DNA of 64,000 nt from Burkholderiaceae bacterium (GTDB taxonomy: Bacteria; Pseudomonadota; Gammaproteobacteria; Burkholderiales; Burkholderiaceae_C). The notes beneath the pieces are model-generated. The model worked only from the letters and a program-made list of their open reading frames with translations, was not told the origin of the DNA and did not search any database. Below are positions 1 to 11,253 of the stretch, piece after piece. The stretch covers positions 90,527 to 154,526 of the forward strand of contig JBAQTC010000013.1 of NCBI GenBank assembly GCA_049296795.1. Reading direction: 5' to 3'. The first letter of the stretch is position 1. The number at the start of each line of letters is the position of its first letter. The translations under genes were made by a program, and so were the position numbers.

Positions 1-737
1 TTGTATTTGTTGACACGCCTGGGTTTCAAACCCGGCACAACAATGCCCTCAATCGAGCCTTGAATAAAACCGTGAAAGGCGCCATCGGTGATGTCGATCT
101 GGTGTTGTTTGTGGTGGAGGCGGGCCAGTTCAATCAGGCGGATGCCAAAGTTTTAGCTTTGCTGGCCAAAGATGCACCCACTTTGCTGGTGGCCAACAAG
201 CTCGATCAGATTCACCGGCGGGCCGAAATCGCACCCTGGTTGCAGGAAATGCAGCAGCGCCATTCATTCACTGAGTTTTTTCCCATGTCGGCCAAGAGTG
301 CTAAGGATATTGAGAGACTGCTTGGCGTGTGTGAAAAATACCTGCCGGAACAGGCGTGGTGGTATGACGCAGACGAATTGACTGACCGCAGCGAAAAATT
401 TCTGGCCAGCGAGACAGTTCGGGAAAAATTGTTTCGACTCACTGGCGATGAGTTGCCCTACACCTCGACCGTGGTGATTGATAAGTTCGAAGAAGAACCG
501 GGCCGAAAAGGGCAAAAGCGCTTACTCAAAATTGCCGCGACCATCGTGGTCGAGCGCGATGGTCATAAGGCCATGGTGATTGGCGACAAAGGCGAACGTA
601 TCAAGCGCATTGGTACCGAGACCCGAGTTGAGTTGGAAAAATTGATGGACGCCAAGGTCTTTATCGAGCTTTGGGTCAAGGTGCGCTCTGGCTGGGCTGA
701 TGATGAGGCTAGGGTGCGCAGTTTCGGTTACGAATGA
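1..737 (+). CDS. era: GTPase Era, 5'-truncated by the window edge
   Basis: The frame from nt 3 reads VFVDTPGFQ (G3 DTPG). It continues through ANKLD (G4) and a C-terminal KH-like region to TGA at 735-737. recO/pdxJ/acpS follow, as in the conserved era-recO-pdxJ-acpS arrangement. Confidence 0.9.
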   Translation, partial: VFVDTPGFQTRHNNALNRALNKTVKGAIGDVDLVLFVVEAGQFNQADAKVLALLAKDAPTLLVANKLDQIHRRAEIAPWLQEMQQRHSFTEFFPMSAKSAKDIERLLGVCEKYLPEQAWWYDADELTDRSEKFLASETVREKLFRLTGDELPYTSTVVIDKFEEEPGRKGQKRLLKIAATIVVERDGHKAMVIGDKGERIKRIGTETRVELEKLMDAKVFIELWVKVRSGWADDEARVRSFGYE

Positions 738-738
738 C

Positions 739-1488
739 GTGAGCTCCAAGCGAATTTCAGATGAGCCGGCTTTTGTGCTGCACCGTTACGACTGGAGCGA
801 GTCGAGCCTGATTCTGGAAGTCTTTACCCGCAACCAGGGCCGCATTGCCTTGGTTGCCAAAGGGGCCAAGCGTCCGAGTTCCAGCTTCCGACCCATTCTC
901 CTGCCCTTGCAACCGCTGCAGCTGGCTTTTGGTGGCGATAACGAAATTCGTACGCTGCGCAGTGCAGAGTGGATGGGCGGCCACGTCATGCCCACCGGAG
1001 CGGCCCTGCTTTCGGGCTATCACCTCAACGAATTGCTGCTGACCTTGCTGGCACGCGATGACCCGCACCCCGCTTTGTTCGATATCTATGCCAATGTGGT
1101 TCGGCTACTGGCTTCAGAGCACGGTGAAGTACTGGAATCAGCGTTGCGCGCGTTTGAGTTGCTGTTACTGCGCGAAGTCGGGTTGCTGCCTCTGCTCGAT
1201 TCCCAGACCATGACTCTGAATGCGCTGGAGCAGCATGCGCATTACAGTCTGGTGCCTGAAGGGGGCTTGCGTCAAAGTAACGATACCGACCGCGCCAGCT
1301 TGAATGGTGCCCAATGGGTGAACCTGCAGCAAGCACTGGGGAACAAGGTGCCACTGATCGACACACTGCGGGCTTGCTCGGCGGTCGCATCTGAGCTCAA
1401 ACCTCAATTGCGCAGCTTGCTTAATTACCATTGCGGAGTGGGCAACCTTCGAACCCGGCAAATGATGATCGACTTGCAGTCCCTATGA
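739..1488 (+). CDS. recO: DNA repair protein RecO
   Basis: [39 protein letters not shown] matches the RecO N-terminal OB-fold signature. GTG 739 is preferred over the track start at 700 because it gives an N-terminus of canonical length just after the era stop. The start remains uncertain. Confidence 0.85.
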   Translation: MSSKRISDEPAFVLHRYDWSESSLILEVFTRNQGRIALVAKGAKRPSSSFRPILLPLQPLQLAFGGDNEIRTLRSAEWMGGHVMPTGAALLSGYHLNELLLTLLARDDPHPALFDIYANVVRLLASEHGEVLESALRAFELLLLREVGLLPLLDSQTMTLNALEQHAHYSLVPEGGLRQSNDTDRASLNGAQWVNLQQALGNKVPLIDTLRACSAVASELKPQLRSLLNYHCGVGNLRTRQMMIDLQSL

Positions 1489-2231
1489 ACACAACAGCGC
1501 TCTCCGTTAACCTGAACAAAGTCGCTTTGGTGCGTAATACCCGACAGCTCGGCCTGCCCAGCGTCACGCGCGCGGCACAGCTGTGTTTGGCTGCCGGGGC
1601 CCATGGCATCACAGTTCATCCCCGACCCGACCAGCGCCACATCAGGGGCGGCGATGTGGCTGAGCTGGCCCAACTGCTCAAGGCTTGGCCCGGGCGTGAG
1701 TTCAACATCGAGGGCAACCCTTTTCACAACCTGATGGATTTTGTTCGGGCGCACCGGCCCGAACAATGTACTTTCGTTCCCGACGCTGAGGGTCAATTCA
1801 CCAGCGATCATGGTTGGAGTTTCCCGCAAGACAGTGCGCGTCTGCGCCCACTGGTGGCACAAGCCAAGGCGTTGGGGGTGCGGGTCAGCCTGTTCATGGA
1901 CGCTAACCCGCAGGCCATGGCGGCGGTGAAAGAACTGGGGGCAGACCGGGTCGAGCTCTATACCGAACCCTATGCGCAAGCCTGGGCTGGTGCGCAACAA
2001 GAAGCCGTGTTGTCCCGGTTTGCCGCGACAGCGCAGGCGGCACTGGATCTGGGTTTGGGAGTGAATGCCGGACACGATTTGAACCGCGATAACTTGACTA
2101 CTTTTTTGCTGCGCGTGCCGGGTGTGCAAGAAGTCTCGATTGGTCATGCGCTGATTGGCGATGCACTGGAGTTGGGCTACAGCGCCACGGTGCAAGCCTA
2201 TTTGCGTTGTATTGACGCAGCCCAACCGTGA
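1485..2231 (+). CDS. pdxJ: pyridoxine 5'-phosphate synthase
   Basis: [15 protein letters not shown]...[13 protein letters not shown] is the PdxJ signature. ATG 1485 overlaps the recO stop (ATGA at 1485-1488), so the track start at 1431 looks like an upstream extension. Confidence 0.9.
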   Translation: MNTTALSVNLNKVALVRNTRQLGLPSVTRAAQLCLAAGAHGITVHPRPDQRHIRGGDVAELAQLLKAWPGREFNIEGNPFHNLMDFVRAHRPEQCTFVPDAEGQFTSDHGWSFPQDSARLRPLVAQAKALGVRVSLFMDANPQAMAAVKELGADRVELYTEPYAQAWAGAQQEAVLSRFAATAQAALDLGLGVNAGHDLNRDNLTTFLLRVPGVQEVSIGHALIGDALELGYSATVQAYLRCIDAAQP

Positions 2232-2238
2232 GCGCGCT

Positions 2239-2634
2239 TTGATTTACGGCATTGGCACGGATATTTGCGATATCAGTCGCGTGCGGCGCAGTCTTGAGCG
2301 CCATGGCGAGCGCTTTGCGCAAAAAATTCTGAGCCCGGCCGAGCTCGTGACCTGGCGCGAGCGCAGTGCGCGTTGGCCCGAGCGTGGCGTGCGTTATCTG
2401 GCCACCCGGTTCTCGGCCAAAGAAGCATTCAGCAAAGCCATTGGTCTGGGCATGCGAATGCCCATGAGTTGGCGACTCTGTGAAATTGGCAAACTCGACA
2501 GCGGCAAGCCCTGTGTGGTGTTACACGCCGAGCTTAAAACATGGTTTGAAGCGCGCGGTTTGAGCGCCCATGTCAGCGTCAGTGATGAGAGTGACTATGC
2601 AACGAGTTTTTGTATTGTGGAGAAATCAAAATGA
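2239..2634 (+). CDS. acpS: holo-[acyl-carrier-protein] synthase
   Basis: (L/M)[14 protein letters not shown] is the canonical AcpS N-terminus. TTG 2239 lies just after the pdxJ stop (2229-2231), and the size is then about 131 aa. Confidence 0.85.
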   Translation: MIYGIGTDICDISRVRRSLERHGERFAQKILSPAELVTWRERSARWPERGVRYLATRFSAKEAFSKAIGLGMRMPMSWRLCEIGKLDSGKPCVVLHAELKTWFEARGLSAHVSVSDESDYATSFCIVEKSK

Positions 2635-3710
2635 CCCAGCACGCGCCCCTGATCATTGATGTGGCCGGATTGAGCCTGACCCGGGATGACAAGCGCCGGT
2701 TACGCCATCCCTTGGTCGGAGGCCTGATTTTGTTTGCCCGCAATTGGCAGGACCGCGCGCAACTGAGCAGCCTGTGCCGTGAAATCAAGGACTTGAGGCC
2801 CGACTTGTTGATTAGCGTTGACCACGAGGGCGGCCGGGTCCAGCGCTTTAAGACCGACGGGTTCACCCATTTGCCGGCCATGCGGGTTTTGGGCCAAGCC
2901 TGGATGAAGGATGAGGGACGAGATGGCGAGGGTGCTTTGCAGGCGTGCAACGCAGCCACCGCTTGCGGCTATGTGCTGGGAGCTGAATTGAGGGCTTGTG
3001 GTGTTGACTTGAGCTTCACGCCGGTACTGGATTTGGACTGGTCAACCAGTGGCGTGATTGGTGACCGAGCTTTCTCGCCGGACCCCCGGGTGGTGAGTTT
3101 GTTGGCCAAAAGCCTGATGCACGGCTTGCTGCAAAGCGGGATGGCCAATTGCGGCAAGCATTTCCCAGGTCATGGCTTCGTCAAGGCCGATTCACATACC
3201 GATATTCCGGTAGATCGTCGCAGCCTGAAAGCCATTTTGTCCGATGACGCTGCACCTTACGGTTGGCTCAGTACGGCACTGGCCAGTGTGATGCCAGCCC
3301 ACGTGATTTACCCTCGGGTGGATGACCGGCCTGCGGGTTTTTCGAGCCAATGGTTGGGTACTATTTTGCGTGGCAAGTTGGGTTTTTCTGGCGCCATTTT
3401 CAGTGACGATTTGTCAATGGCAGGCGCCCGTTTACTCGACGGCAAAGAAGTCAGCTACGCACAGGCCGCTGTCGCAGCACTGAATGCGGGTTGTGACATG
3501 GTGCTGTTGTGCAACCAAAGCTTGGACCGAGGGCTGGCGGTCGATGAATTGATAGCTGGCTTGACTGAGGCACAGATCAAGGGCCAATGGCTCAGTCAGG
3601 AAAGCAGCGAGTTGCGCCGACGGGCTTTGTTGCCAACGAGTCCAGCGCTGGCCTGGGATGACTTGATGCTGCAGCCGGCCTATATGCAGGCATTGGACTT
3701 GATCGTTTGA
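2631..3710 (+). CDS. nagZ: beta-N-acetylhexosaminidase (peptidoglycan recycling)
   Basis: GH3 motifs are present: [12 protein letters not shown] and KHFPGHG...DSH. ATG 2631 overlaps the acpS stop (ATGA). Confidence 0.9.
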   Translation: MTQHAPLIIDVAGLSLTRDDKRRLRHPLVGGLILFARNWQDRAQLSSLCREIKDLRPDLLISVDHEGGRVQRFKTDGFTHLPAMRVLGQAWMKDEGRDGEGALQACNAATACGYVLGAELRACGVDLSFTPVLDLDWSTSGVIGDRAFSPDPRVVSLLAKSLMHGLLQSGMANCGKHFPGHGFVKADSHTDIPVDRRSLKAILSDDAAPYGWLSTALASVMPAHVIYPRVDDRPAGFSSQWLGTILRGKLGFSGAIFSDDLSMAGARLLDGKEVSYAQAAVAALNAGCDMVLLCNQSLDRGLAVDELIAGLTEAQIKGQWLSQESSELRRRALLPTSPALAWDDLMLQPAYMQALDLIV

Positions 3711-3786
3711 GCCTGCGTTGCTGGCGTACCGATGCGCTTGTGTCATGCGGCACAATTGACACCTCGCTTACTCACCCAAGAACTGA

Positions 3787-4680
<894 letters not shown>

Positions 4681-4756
4681 TGCAAAAAATAGTTCCAAAT
4701 TGGGGAAAACCCCTTGCCCCGAGCCGGCCAGAATCATTCAAGATAGCGCCTTGACC

Positions 4757-5410
4757 ATGTCAGATTCAGAATCAAACCCCATCAGCTTGCCAGCGGGCAG
4801 TGTTTCAGCCGCTCCGATTCGCAAGCGACCCAAACCGGGCGAGCGCAGAATTCAAATACTGCAGACCTTGGCGTCCATGCTGGAGCAGCCTGGCGCCGAG
4901 CGCATCACCACGGCTGCGCTGGCCGCCCGACTAGGTGTGAGCGAGGCTGCGCTGTACCGACATTTCGCCAGCAAAGCCCAGATGTTTGAAGGGCTGATCG
5001 ATTTCATTGAGCAGACTGTTTTTTCACTGATCAATCAGATTGTCGAGCGTCAAAAAGCGTCGCTCGACAGCGAAGGTCGGCAACCCCAACTGATTGTCAC
5101 GATGCTGATGCAGTTTGCCGAGAAGAATCCCGGCATGACTCGGGTCATGGTGGGCGATGCGCTGGTGTTCGAGAATGAGCGCCTGCAGCAACGCATGAAC
5201 CAGTTCTTTGACAAGATTGAAGCCACACTCAAACAGTGCTTGCGCGATGCGGCACAGAACAGTGGCTCGAACACACCCACGGTGGATTCACAAGTCGGAG
5301 CCTCCGTGCTGACGGCCTTTGTCGCTGGCCGTTTGCAACGATTTGCCCGTTCTGGCTTCAAGCGCCTGCCCTCCGAGCACCTCGAGCAGAGCTTGCTTCT
5401 CCTATGTTGA
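4757..5410 (+). CDS. slmA: TetR-family nucleoid occlusion factor SlmA
   Basis: RRIQILQTLASMLEQPGAERITTAALAARLGVSEAALYRHFASKAQMFEGLIDFIE closely resembles the SlmA HTH region. ATG 4757 is preferred over the TTG at 4700. Confidence 0.8.
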   Translation: MSDSESNPISLPAGSVSAAPIRKRPKPGERRIQILQTLASMLEQPGAERITTAALAARLGVSEAALYRHFASKAQMFEGLIDFIEQTVFSLINQIVERQKASLDSEGRQPQLIVTMLMQFAEKNPGMTRVMVGDALVFENERLQQRMNQFFDKIEATLKQCLRDAAQNSGSNTPTVDSQVGASVLTAFVAGRLQRFARSGFKRLPSEHLEQSLLLLC

Positions 5411-5414
5411 GAAC

Positions 5415-5542
5415 GGGACAGCGCTAAAGGGCTGTCCCGCAAGGGAACATCCACAAAGTGTTGGGGGCAGAGCTAAAGGTCTGTCCCGCAAGGGAACATC
5501 CACAAAATGTTGGGGACAGAGCTAAAGGTCTGTCCCGCAAGG
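5415..5542. repeat. 49-bp tandem repeat, about 2.6 copies, each carrying a GC-rich hairpin; probable bidirectional terminator array
   Basis: Units lie at 5415-5462, 5463-5511 and 5512-5542 (partial). Each starts with GGGACAG(C/A)GCTAAAGG(G/T)CTGTCCC (7-8 bp stem) followed by GCAAGGGAACATCCACAAA(G/A)TGTT. The array sits between convergent slmA (+) and the Ldh_2 gene (-). Confidence 0.85.
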
Positions 5543-5544
5543 TT

Positions 5545-6615
5545 TCAAGAAAGAGTCAACCCCACTTTTTGCCCGGCCGCGATGATTTCTGACCAGGTGG
5601 TGTCGTCCAGCACAATCCCATCGCGTTGGCGCAGTAGCCGGGCCGCTCGCTCCGGGTCGCCAGCAAGTTGGAGCCCGTCACTATCGACTGCATCCGGGCT
5701 TTGCCTGACCCATTCAACGAAGGCCAAGGCCTCTTGCTCGAAGCTGTTTTGGGTTCCAAGCCGGGCTGGATCGATCAGAATCGACAACATCCCATTGAGT
5801 ACGGTACGGGCACTGGAGGCGGGCCGATGCCAGGTTCCACCCCCAGTTAAAGCACCTCCGAGTAACTCGCAAGCTACAGCCAGACCCGAACCCTTGTGTT
5901 CACCAAAAGGCATCAGCGCACCAAACAATCCTGGGCCTTGGCCTTGAGATTGGGGCACCACCACCACGCCTGGATCGGTGGTGGGCTGACCCTGGGCATC
6001 CATCAAATAACCCGGTGCGACTTGGCGTCCTTCGTTGTGAGCCACGCGCATCTTGCCCTGAGCCACCCGGCTGGTTGCGAAATCCAGCACGAAAGGGGGC
6101 TGGTCTTTGATCGGTACGCCGATGCAGACCGGATTGGTGCCAAGCCGACCGTCAGCGCCGCCCCAGGGCGCAACTACCGGGCGCGACAGCACGTTGACGA
6201 AATGCAGTGACACCAGACCCTGGGCCACGGCCATTTCGGCGTAGTGACCGATGCGCCCGAGATGATGCGCATTACCCAACGCCATGATGCAACTGCCCAG
6301 TTCCTGGGCCCGTTCGATCGCCAGCGTCATGGCCTGTTCCCCCACCACCTGACCATAACCGCGTTGACCATCAAGCGCCAGTAAGGCCCCGGCATCGAGG
6401 TTGAGTTTCACGTTGGTGTTGGGCTGCAGGCCGCCTTCGAGCAAGGCATCGATATAGCGTGGCAGCATGCCCACGCCATGCGAGTCGTGCCCGCTTAAAT
6501 TGGCCATCACCAGGTTGCTGGCCACGGTGCTTGCCTCTTGCTGCGAGCTACCTGCGGCGAGCAAAATGGAGCTGATTTTTTGGGTCAGATCCTGGCTGTG
6601 AAGTGTGATTGGCAT
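5545..6615 (-). CDS. Ldh_2 family (malate/L-lactate/ureidoglycolate/2,3-diketogulonate-type) NAD(P)H-dependent oxidoreductase
   Basis: ANLSGHDSHGVGMLPRYI and GNAHHLGRIGHY are typical of the Ldh_2 family. ATG 6615 (MPITLHS) avoids overlap with the upstream dehydratase, so the track start at 6732 is an extension. Confidence 0.8.
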   Translation of the reverse strand: MPITLHSQDLTQKISSILLAAGSSQQEASTVASNLVMANLSGHDSHGVGMLPRYIDALLEGGLQPNTNVKLNLDAGALLALDGQRGYGQVVGEQAMTLAIERAQELGSCIMALGNAHHLGRIGHYAEMAVAQGLVSLHFVNVLSRPVVAPWGGADGRLGTNPVCIGVPIKDQPPFVLDFATSRVAQGKMRVAHNEGRQVAPGYLMDAQGQPTTDPGVVVVPQSQGQGPGLFGALMPFGEHKGSGLAVACELLGGALTGGGTWHRPASSARTVLNGMLSILIDPARLGTQNSFEQEALAFVEWVRQSPDAVDSDGLQLAGDPERAARLLRQRDGIVLDDTTWSEIIAAGQKVGLTLS

Positions 6616-6679
6616 GGTTGAAAAATTCAGAGAGAGGAGCCGGTGGGTGTCAGGGCTAAAGAACTGCGCCGCAAACTTG

Positions 6680-8206
6680 TTACATGACGGCGCCAACTTG
6701 CCAGGGAACAAATTCGTTCTGCCCGTAGCCATGAAGTTCGCTTTTGCTGGGTTGGCCCGAAGCAGTGGCCAGCATCATTTCGAAAATCCTTTGCCCCATT
6801 TCGGCCACGCTGGCCTTGCCGTCAATGATGTCGCCGCAATTGATGTCCATGTCGTCCTCCTGCTTTTGCCACAGGGCTGTGTTGGTCGACAGTTTGAGCG
6901 AGGGGGAGGGTGAGCAGCCGTAGGCCGAGCCACGACCGGTGGTGAAACAAATCAGGTTGGCGCCGCCAGCCACTTGGCCTGTCGAGCTGACCGGGTCGTA
7001 GCCCGGCGTGTCCATGTAGACAAAACCATGGGCAGTTACTGCTTCGGCATATTCATAAACCGCTTGCAAATTGCTGGTACCGCCCTTGGCCACTGCACCC
7101 AGGGATTTCTCAAGGATGGTGGTCAAGCCACCGGCCTTGTTGCCGGGCGAAGGGTTGTTGTTCATTTCGCCCTGGTTGATTTGGGTGTAGTGCTCCCACC
7201 ATTTGATGCGTGCGATGAGTTTTTCACCGACTTCGCGCTTCACGGCACGTCGCGTCAGCAGATGCTCGGCACCATAAATTTCTGGGGTCTCACTCAGGAT
7301 GGCGGTACCGCCATGCGCCACCAACAAATCGACTGCAGCGCCCAGGGCTGGGTTGGCGCTGATGCCGGAATAACCGTCCGAGCCACCGCATTGCAGGCCC
7401 ACCGTGATGTGGCTGGCAGGGCAAGGTTCGCGCTTGACTGCATTGGCGCGTGGCAGCATCTCATTGATCAAGGCGATGCCCTTGGCAACGGTTTTGGCTG
7501 TTCCGCCGCTGTCCTGAATACTGAACACCCGAAAATTCTCACCTTCGTTCAGGCTGCTATGGGCCAACCAGGCATTGATTTGATTGGCTTCGCAGCCCAG
7601 CCCCACCACCAGTACCGCAGCGAAATTCGGGTGAGTGGCATAACCGGCCAAGGTTCGTTCCAAAATTTGCATACCCATGCCCTCGGTGTCCATGCCGCAG
7701 CCGGTGCCGTGCGTCAGGGCGACAACGCCGTCAACCTGGGGGAAATTGACCAAGGCCTGGGGATGATTTTGGCGGGAGAAATGGTCAGCGATGGCGCGCG
7801 CTGCGGTCGCAGAACAATTGACGCTTGACAAAATACCGATGTAATTTCGTGTCGCGACCCGACCATCGGCGCGTTTGATGCCCATGAAATTGGCAATCAA
7901 AGCTGCCGGTTCGGGTTTGACGTCGGCACCAAAAGCGTAATCGCGCGCGAAATCGCCTTTGTTCTCACCCATATCGAGGTTTTGGGTATGAACATGTTCG
8001 CCAGCAGCGATCGCTTTGGAAGCAAAGCCGATGATCTGGTTGTAGCGCCGCACGGGTTCACCTTTGGCAATCGCGCGCGTGGCAATTTTGTGTCCGGGTG
8101 GAATCAATCCTTTGACCGCTATGTTTTCGACTGTGCTGCCACCGAGCAGTTGGGAGCGGGCGATCAGAACATCGTCATTGGGATGGAGTCGGATAAAGGG
8201 TGTCAT
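6680..8206 (-). CDS. UxaA/GarD-family sugar-acid dehydratase (altronate/galactarate dehydratase-like)
   Basis: An N-terminal SAF domain (IRLHPNDDVLIA...PPGHKIA...GEPVRRYNQIIGFA) is followed by a large UxaA-type C-terminal domain. Length is 508 aa. Confidence 0.85.
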   Translation of the reverse strand: MTPFIRLHPNDDVLIARSQLLGGSTVENIAVKGLIPPGHKIATRAIAKGEPVRRYNQIIGFASKAIAAGEHVHTQNLDMGENKGDFARDYAFGADVKPEPAALIANFMGIKRADGRVATRNYIGILSSVNCSATAARAIADHFSRQNHPQALVNFPQVDGVVALTHGTGCGMDTEGMGMQILERTLAGYATHPNFAAVLVVGLGCEANQINAWLAHSSLNEGENFRVFSIQDSGGTAKTVAKGIALINEMLPRANAVKREPCPASHITVGLQCGGSDGYSGISANPALGAAVDLLVAHGGTAILSETPEIYGAEHLLTRRAVKREVGEKLIARIKWWEHYTQINQGEMNNNPSPGNKAGGLTTILEKSLGAVAKGGTSNLQAVYEYAEAVTAHGFVYMDTPGYDPVSSTGQVAGGANLICFTTGRGSAYGCSPSPSLKLSTNTALWQKQEDDMDINCGDIIDGKASVAEMGQRIFEMMLATASGQPSKSELHGYGQNEFVPWQVGAVM

Positions 8207-8265
8207 AGTTTTAGAGGGTTGGGGTCAGAGCACATCACTAAAGCGAGTGGTATGACCCCAAGGTT

Positions 8266-9660
8266 TTAGTAGAACATTTTAGGCAGCCACAATACAAGAT
8301 TGGGGCAGTAGGTGATGATGAGCAGGCTTCCGAGCAAGGGGAACAGCCAGGGCAGGATGGCCATGGTGGTTCTCTCGACCGAGAGTTTGGCAACGCGCGC
8401 CAGTACAAACAGCACCATGCCCATGGGCGGATGAAGCAGGCCAATCATCAGGTTGAGCACCATCACCAAGCCAAAGTGAACCAGATCAATACCTAGCTTT
8501 TGACAGATCGGAACCAGGATCGGAACCAGAATCGTGATGGCAGCCGTAGGTTCCAAAAAACAGCCGACGAACAGCATTAACAGGTTGGCTAACAGCAAAA
8601 ATACCCAGGGGTTTTGGGTGTAACCCAAGACCCAGTTGCCAATGGCTGCGGTCACCCCCGTGGCTGTGAGCATCCAGCCAAAAATGCTGGCCGCCGCAAC
8701 GATGAACAGCACGGTGCTGGTGGTCTCCACCGTGTCCAGGCAGACCTTGACGAACATCTTGAAATTCAGCGTGTGGTACCAGGCAAAACCCAGCGCCATG
8801 GCCCAAATGCAGGCCGCGATCGCACCCTCGGTCGGCGTGAACAGGCCGCTGACCATGCCGCCTATCAAGAGCACCGGCGTCATGACCGGCAGCACCGCTT
8901 GGAATTGGAAAATCTTGTCGGCAACAAAGAGCGCGACCAGACCGGCAAATACCACGGGTTGAGCTGGTAAACCAGCTTTCTCAATCAGCAGCCAGAGCAG
9001 TAGCGGCCAAGCGATAACCACGGCGGTTTCCAACAGGGCTTTGCCAACCCTGGGCCACTCAAATTTAATATCGGCGCCCCAGCCATTTTTGTGGGCGAAA
9101 TAGGCCACGGTCAGCATCATCAACAACGCCATCATGACGCCGGGCAATATCCCGGCCAAGAATAGCGAGCCGATGCTCACATTGGCCATCATGCCGTAAA
9201 TCACGAACGGCAGGCTGGGGGGAATGATAGGACCCAAAGTGGCCGATGCGGCGGTCACCCCGACCGCAAATTCGGTGCTGTAGCCATGGTCTTTCATGGC
9301 CTTGATTTCAATCGTTCCGAGTCCGGCGGCATCGGCAATTGCTGTCCCACTCATACCGGCAAAAATCACCGAGCCCAGCACATTGACGTGGCCCAGTCCC
9401 CCTCTCATCCAGCCCACCAGTGCCAAAGCGTAGTTGTAAATGCGGTTGGTGATTCCCGCGTTGTTCATCAGGTTGCCGGCCAGGATGAAAAAAGGCACGG
9501 CCAGCAGAGGAAAGCTGTCGATGCCGCTGATCATGCGGTGCATCACGACAAAAGGCGGCAGCTCGCCGGTCCAGAAAATATAGAGCAGGGCCGAGCCGGC
9601 CATGGCGATGGCCACCGGAATGCCGCCGCTCATCAGAAACAGGAAAATAATTTTAAGCAT
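8266..9660 (-). CDS. TRAP transporter large permease subunit (DctM family)
   Basis: Polytopic membrane protein starting MLKIIFLFLMSGGIPVAIAMAGSALLY. It follows the DctQ-like gene with a 14-nt gap. The track start at 9789 overlaps that gene and is rejected. Confidence 0.9.
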   Translation of the reverse strand: MLKIIFLFLMSGGIPVAIAMAGSALLYIFWTGELPPFVVMHRMISGIDSFPLLAVPFFILAGNLMNNAGITNRIYNYALALVGWMRGGLGHVNVLGSVIFAGMSGTAIADAAGLGTIEIKAMKDHGYSTEFAVGVTAASATLGPIIPPSLPFVIYGMMANVSIGSLFLAGILPGVMMALLMMLTVAYFAHKNGWGADIKFEWPRVGKALLETAVVIAWPLLLWLLIEKAGLPAQPVVFAGLVALFVADKIFQFQAVLPVMTPVLLIGGMVSGLFTPTEGAIAACIWAMALGFAWYHTLNFKMFVKVCLDTVETTSTVLFIVAAASIFGWMLTATGVTAAIGNWVLGYTQNPWVFLLLANLLMLFVGCFLEPTAAITILVPILVPICQKLGIDLVHFGLVMVLNLMIGLLHPPMGMVLFVLARVAKLSVERTTMAILPWLFPLLGSLLIITYCPNLVLWLPKMFY

Positions 9661-9674
9661 GGTCGGGGTCGTGT

Positions 9675-10244
9675 TCAGCGGTCTTCGATTGAGGATTCGG
9701 GACGCTCCAACACGCTGTAGCCGCGCTGATAGTGAATCAATGCAACCTGGATGGAACGCCAAGTCATGGCAGCAAAGCCCAAGGCACACACGCCATAGAC
9801 CACATTCATCGGTAAATCGACCATGGTCATGCGCGAGTTGCTACCCAACCTGGCCATCATCATCAGCGTCAGCACCACCGAAGCAGCAAAAAACAAGACG
9901 CGAATCAGATCGACCAGGGTGGCCAGCAGCCGCGCCAGTTGCGAGGGCATAAAGCGATAGAAAAAATCGACCTGAATGTGGTTGTTCTTGACGACGCCAA
10001 TGGTGGCGCCGATAAAGACCAGGCCAATCAAGAGGTAGCGGGCGATTTCCTCGGTCCAGGCGGCCGAATCATTGAGTACGTAACGGGTGAAAAACTGGTA
10101 GAACACGGTGAGACCGAGTAACCAAAAAATGCCCAGCGCCAACCAGGCTTCCAAGATCGTTGGACTGAGGTCGACGGCTTCATCCTGGGCATGGAATTGG
10201 CCGTCGTCCCCCATCACGTGGGGGAGCGAGTCAATGTCTTGCAT
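9675..10244 (-). CDS. TRAP transporter small permease subunit (DctQ family)
   Basis: 189-aa protein with four predicted TM segments, positioned between the DctP-like and DctM-like genes. Confidence 0.85.
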   Translation of the reverse strand: MQDIDSLPHVMGDDGQFHAQDEAVDLSPTILEAWLALGIFWLLGLTVFYQFFTRYVLNDSAAWTEEIARYLLIGLVFIGATIGVVKNNHIQVDFFYRFMPSQLARLLATLVDLIRVLFFAASVVLTLMMMARLGSNSRMTMVDLPMNVVYGVCALGFAAMTWRSIQVALIHYQRGYSVLERPESSIEDR

Positions 10245-10254
10245 GGAAGAAGAT

Positions 10255-11253
10255 TTACTTGATCGCGATCACGCGATCCCAGTCTTTCTTGTCCAGGCCC
10301 ATGGAAGGGAAATCGATGGCTTTGAGAACGCGCTGCTGGAATGCATTGCGATCGACGCTGATGACATTGATTCCCTTTTTCTTGAATTCGTCAACCAGTT
10401 CGATTTCGCGCTTGCGAATGTCGTTGGTAGCGTTGAGCGCAGCTTCTTGGGTCACTTCGTTCAAGATTTTTTGCTCAGCCGGCGTCATCTTGGACAAGAC
10501 AGAAGGTGACACCACGGTAAGCAGTCCATCGGCAATGTGACCGGTCAGGATGATGTTTTTCTGGACTTCGTAAAACTTCTTGGCCTCAATGGTTGGCAAT
10601 GGATTTTCCTGGGCATCGACCGTGCCATTTTGCAAAGCCAGATAGACCTCGGCAAATGCAATCGGTGTCGGGTTGGCGCCGCATGCGCGCGGCAAAGCGG
10701 TGTAGGCCGGCGCATCAGGCACCCGCATTTTCAAGCCCTTCATTTCGTCGCAGTTATTAAAGGCTTTATTCGAGGTCGAGTGGCGCACACCGTAGTAAGT
10801 GAAAGCGGTGACCGTGTTGCCAGTCTTTTGCTTGTAGCCATCGGCCAGCTCCTTGAACACATCGCTCTTGGAGTACTTGATCACATGATCGGCATCACGA
10901 AAAGTGAAGGGGTAGTAGCTCACCGCCATGCGTGGAAAAGAGCGGGCGGCGAAAGAGGCGCCAGTCAAGATGATGTCGACCGTGCCGAGTTGCAGACCTT
11001 GGTTGATGTCGCTTTCTTTACCCAAGCTGGAAGCAGGGAACACCTGAACTTCGAATTTGCCATTGGTGCGCTTTTTCAATTCGTCACCGGCCCAGACCGA
11101 CCATTTGTGGTAAGGCTCAGAGGTCTCGTAAACATGGGCCCATTTCAATTTGGTTTGCGCTTGGGCCAGACCCAGGCTGCCCGCTGCACTGGTCAGTAAC
11201 ACGCAGGCAGCGATCGATTGAAGAGCTAATTTGCTAGCTGTTAATTTATTCAC
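10255..11253 (-). CDS. TRAP transporter solute-binding protein (DctP family)
   Basis: A signal peptide (LALQSIAACVLLTSAAGSLGLAQA) is followed by a DctP-type periplasmic domain. GTG 11253 is preceded by AGGAA, so the track start at 11316 lengthens the N-terminus implausibly. Confidence 0.85.
   Translation of the reverse strand: MNKLTASKLALQSIAACVLLTSAAGSLGLAQAQTKLKWAHVYETSEPYHKWSVWAGDELKKRTNGKFEVQVFPASSLGKESDINQGLQLGTVDIILTGASFAARSFPRMAVSYYPFTFRDADHVIKYSKSDVFKELADGYKQKTGNTVTAFTYYGVRHSTSNKAFNNCDEMKGLKMRVPDAPAYTALPRACGANPTPIAFAEVYLALQNGTVDAQENPLPTIEAKKFYEVQKNIILTGHIADGLLTVVSPSVLSKMTPAEQKILNEVTQEAALNATNDIRKREIELVDEFKKKGINVISVDRNAFQQRVLKAIDFPSMGLDKKDWDRVIAIK

Noticed and set aside
1425-2225. Long antisense or alternate-frame ORFs throughout, including 1425-2225 (-), 13972-14829 (-), 15382-16470 (-), 16484-17380 (-), 18391-19455 (-), 20180-21295 (+), 25691-26353 (+), 27779-28591 (-), 30706-31917 (-), 36175-36939 (-), 43893-44666 (-), 44990-45610 (-), 50281-51192 (-) and 63090-63914 (-).
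   Set aside because: Each overlaps a gene with clear family motifs on the other strand or frame. This is typical stop-codon-poor shadow-ORF behaviour in high-GC DNA, and none shows recognisable motifs.
5415-5542. Possible CRISPR array.
   Set aside because: There are only about 2.6 units. The sequence between hairpins is itself repeated rather than being unique spacers, there are no cas genes, and the period (49 bp) and structure fit a tandem terminator/REP-like repeat.
8266-9789. N-terminally extended versions of many track ORFs (for example 8266-9789, 5545-6732, 10255-11316, 16415-17605, 18370-19338, 21505-22656, 22443-23573, 47091-48155, 53320-54417, 54312-54992 and 59986-62016).
   Set aside because: The extensions overlap the upstream gene or lack homology-like sequence. 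Internal starts give canonical N-termini, tight gene junctions or RBS motifs, so the shorter coordinates are reported instead.
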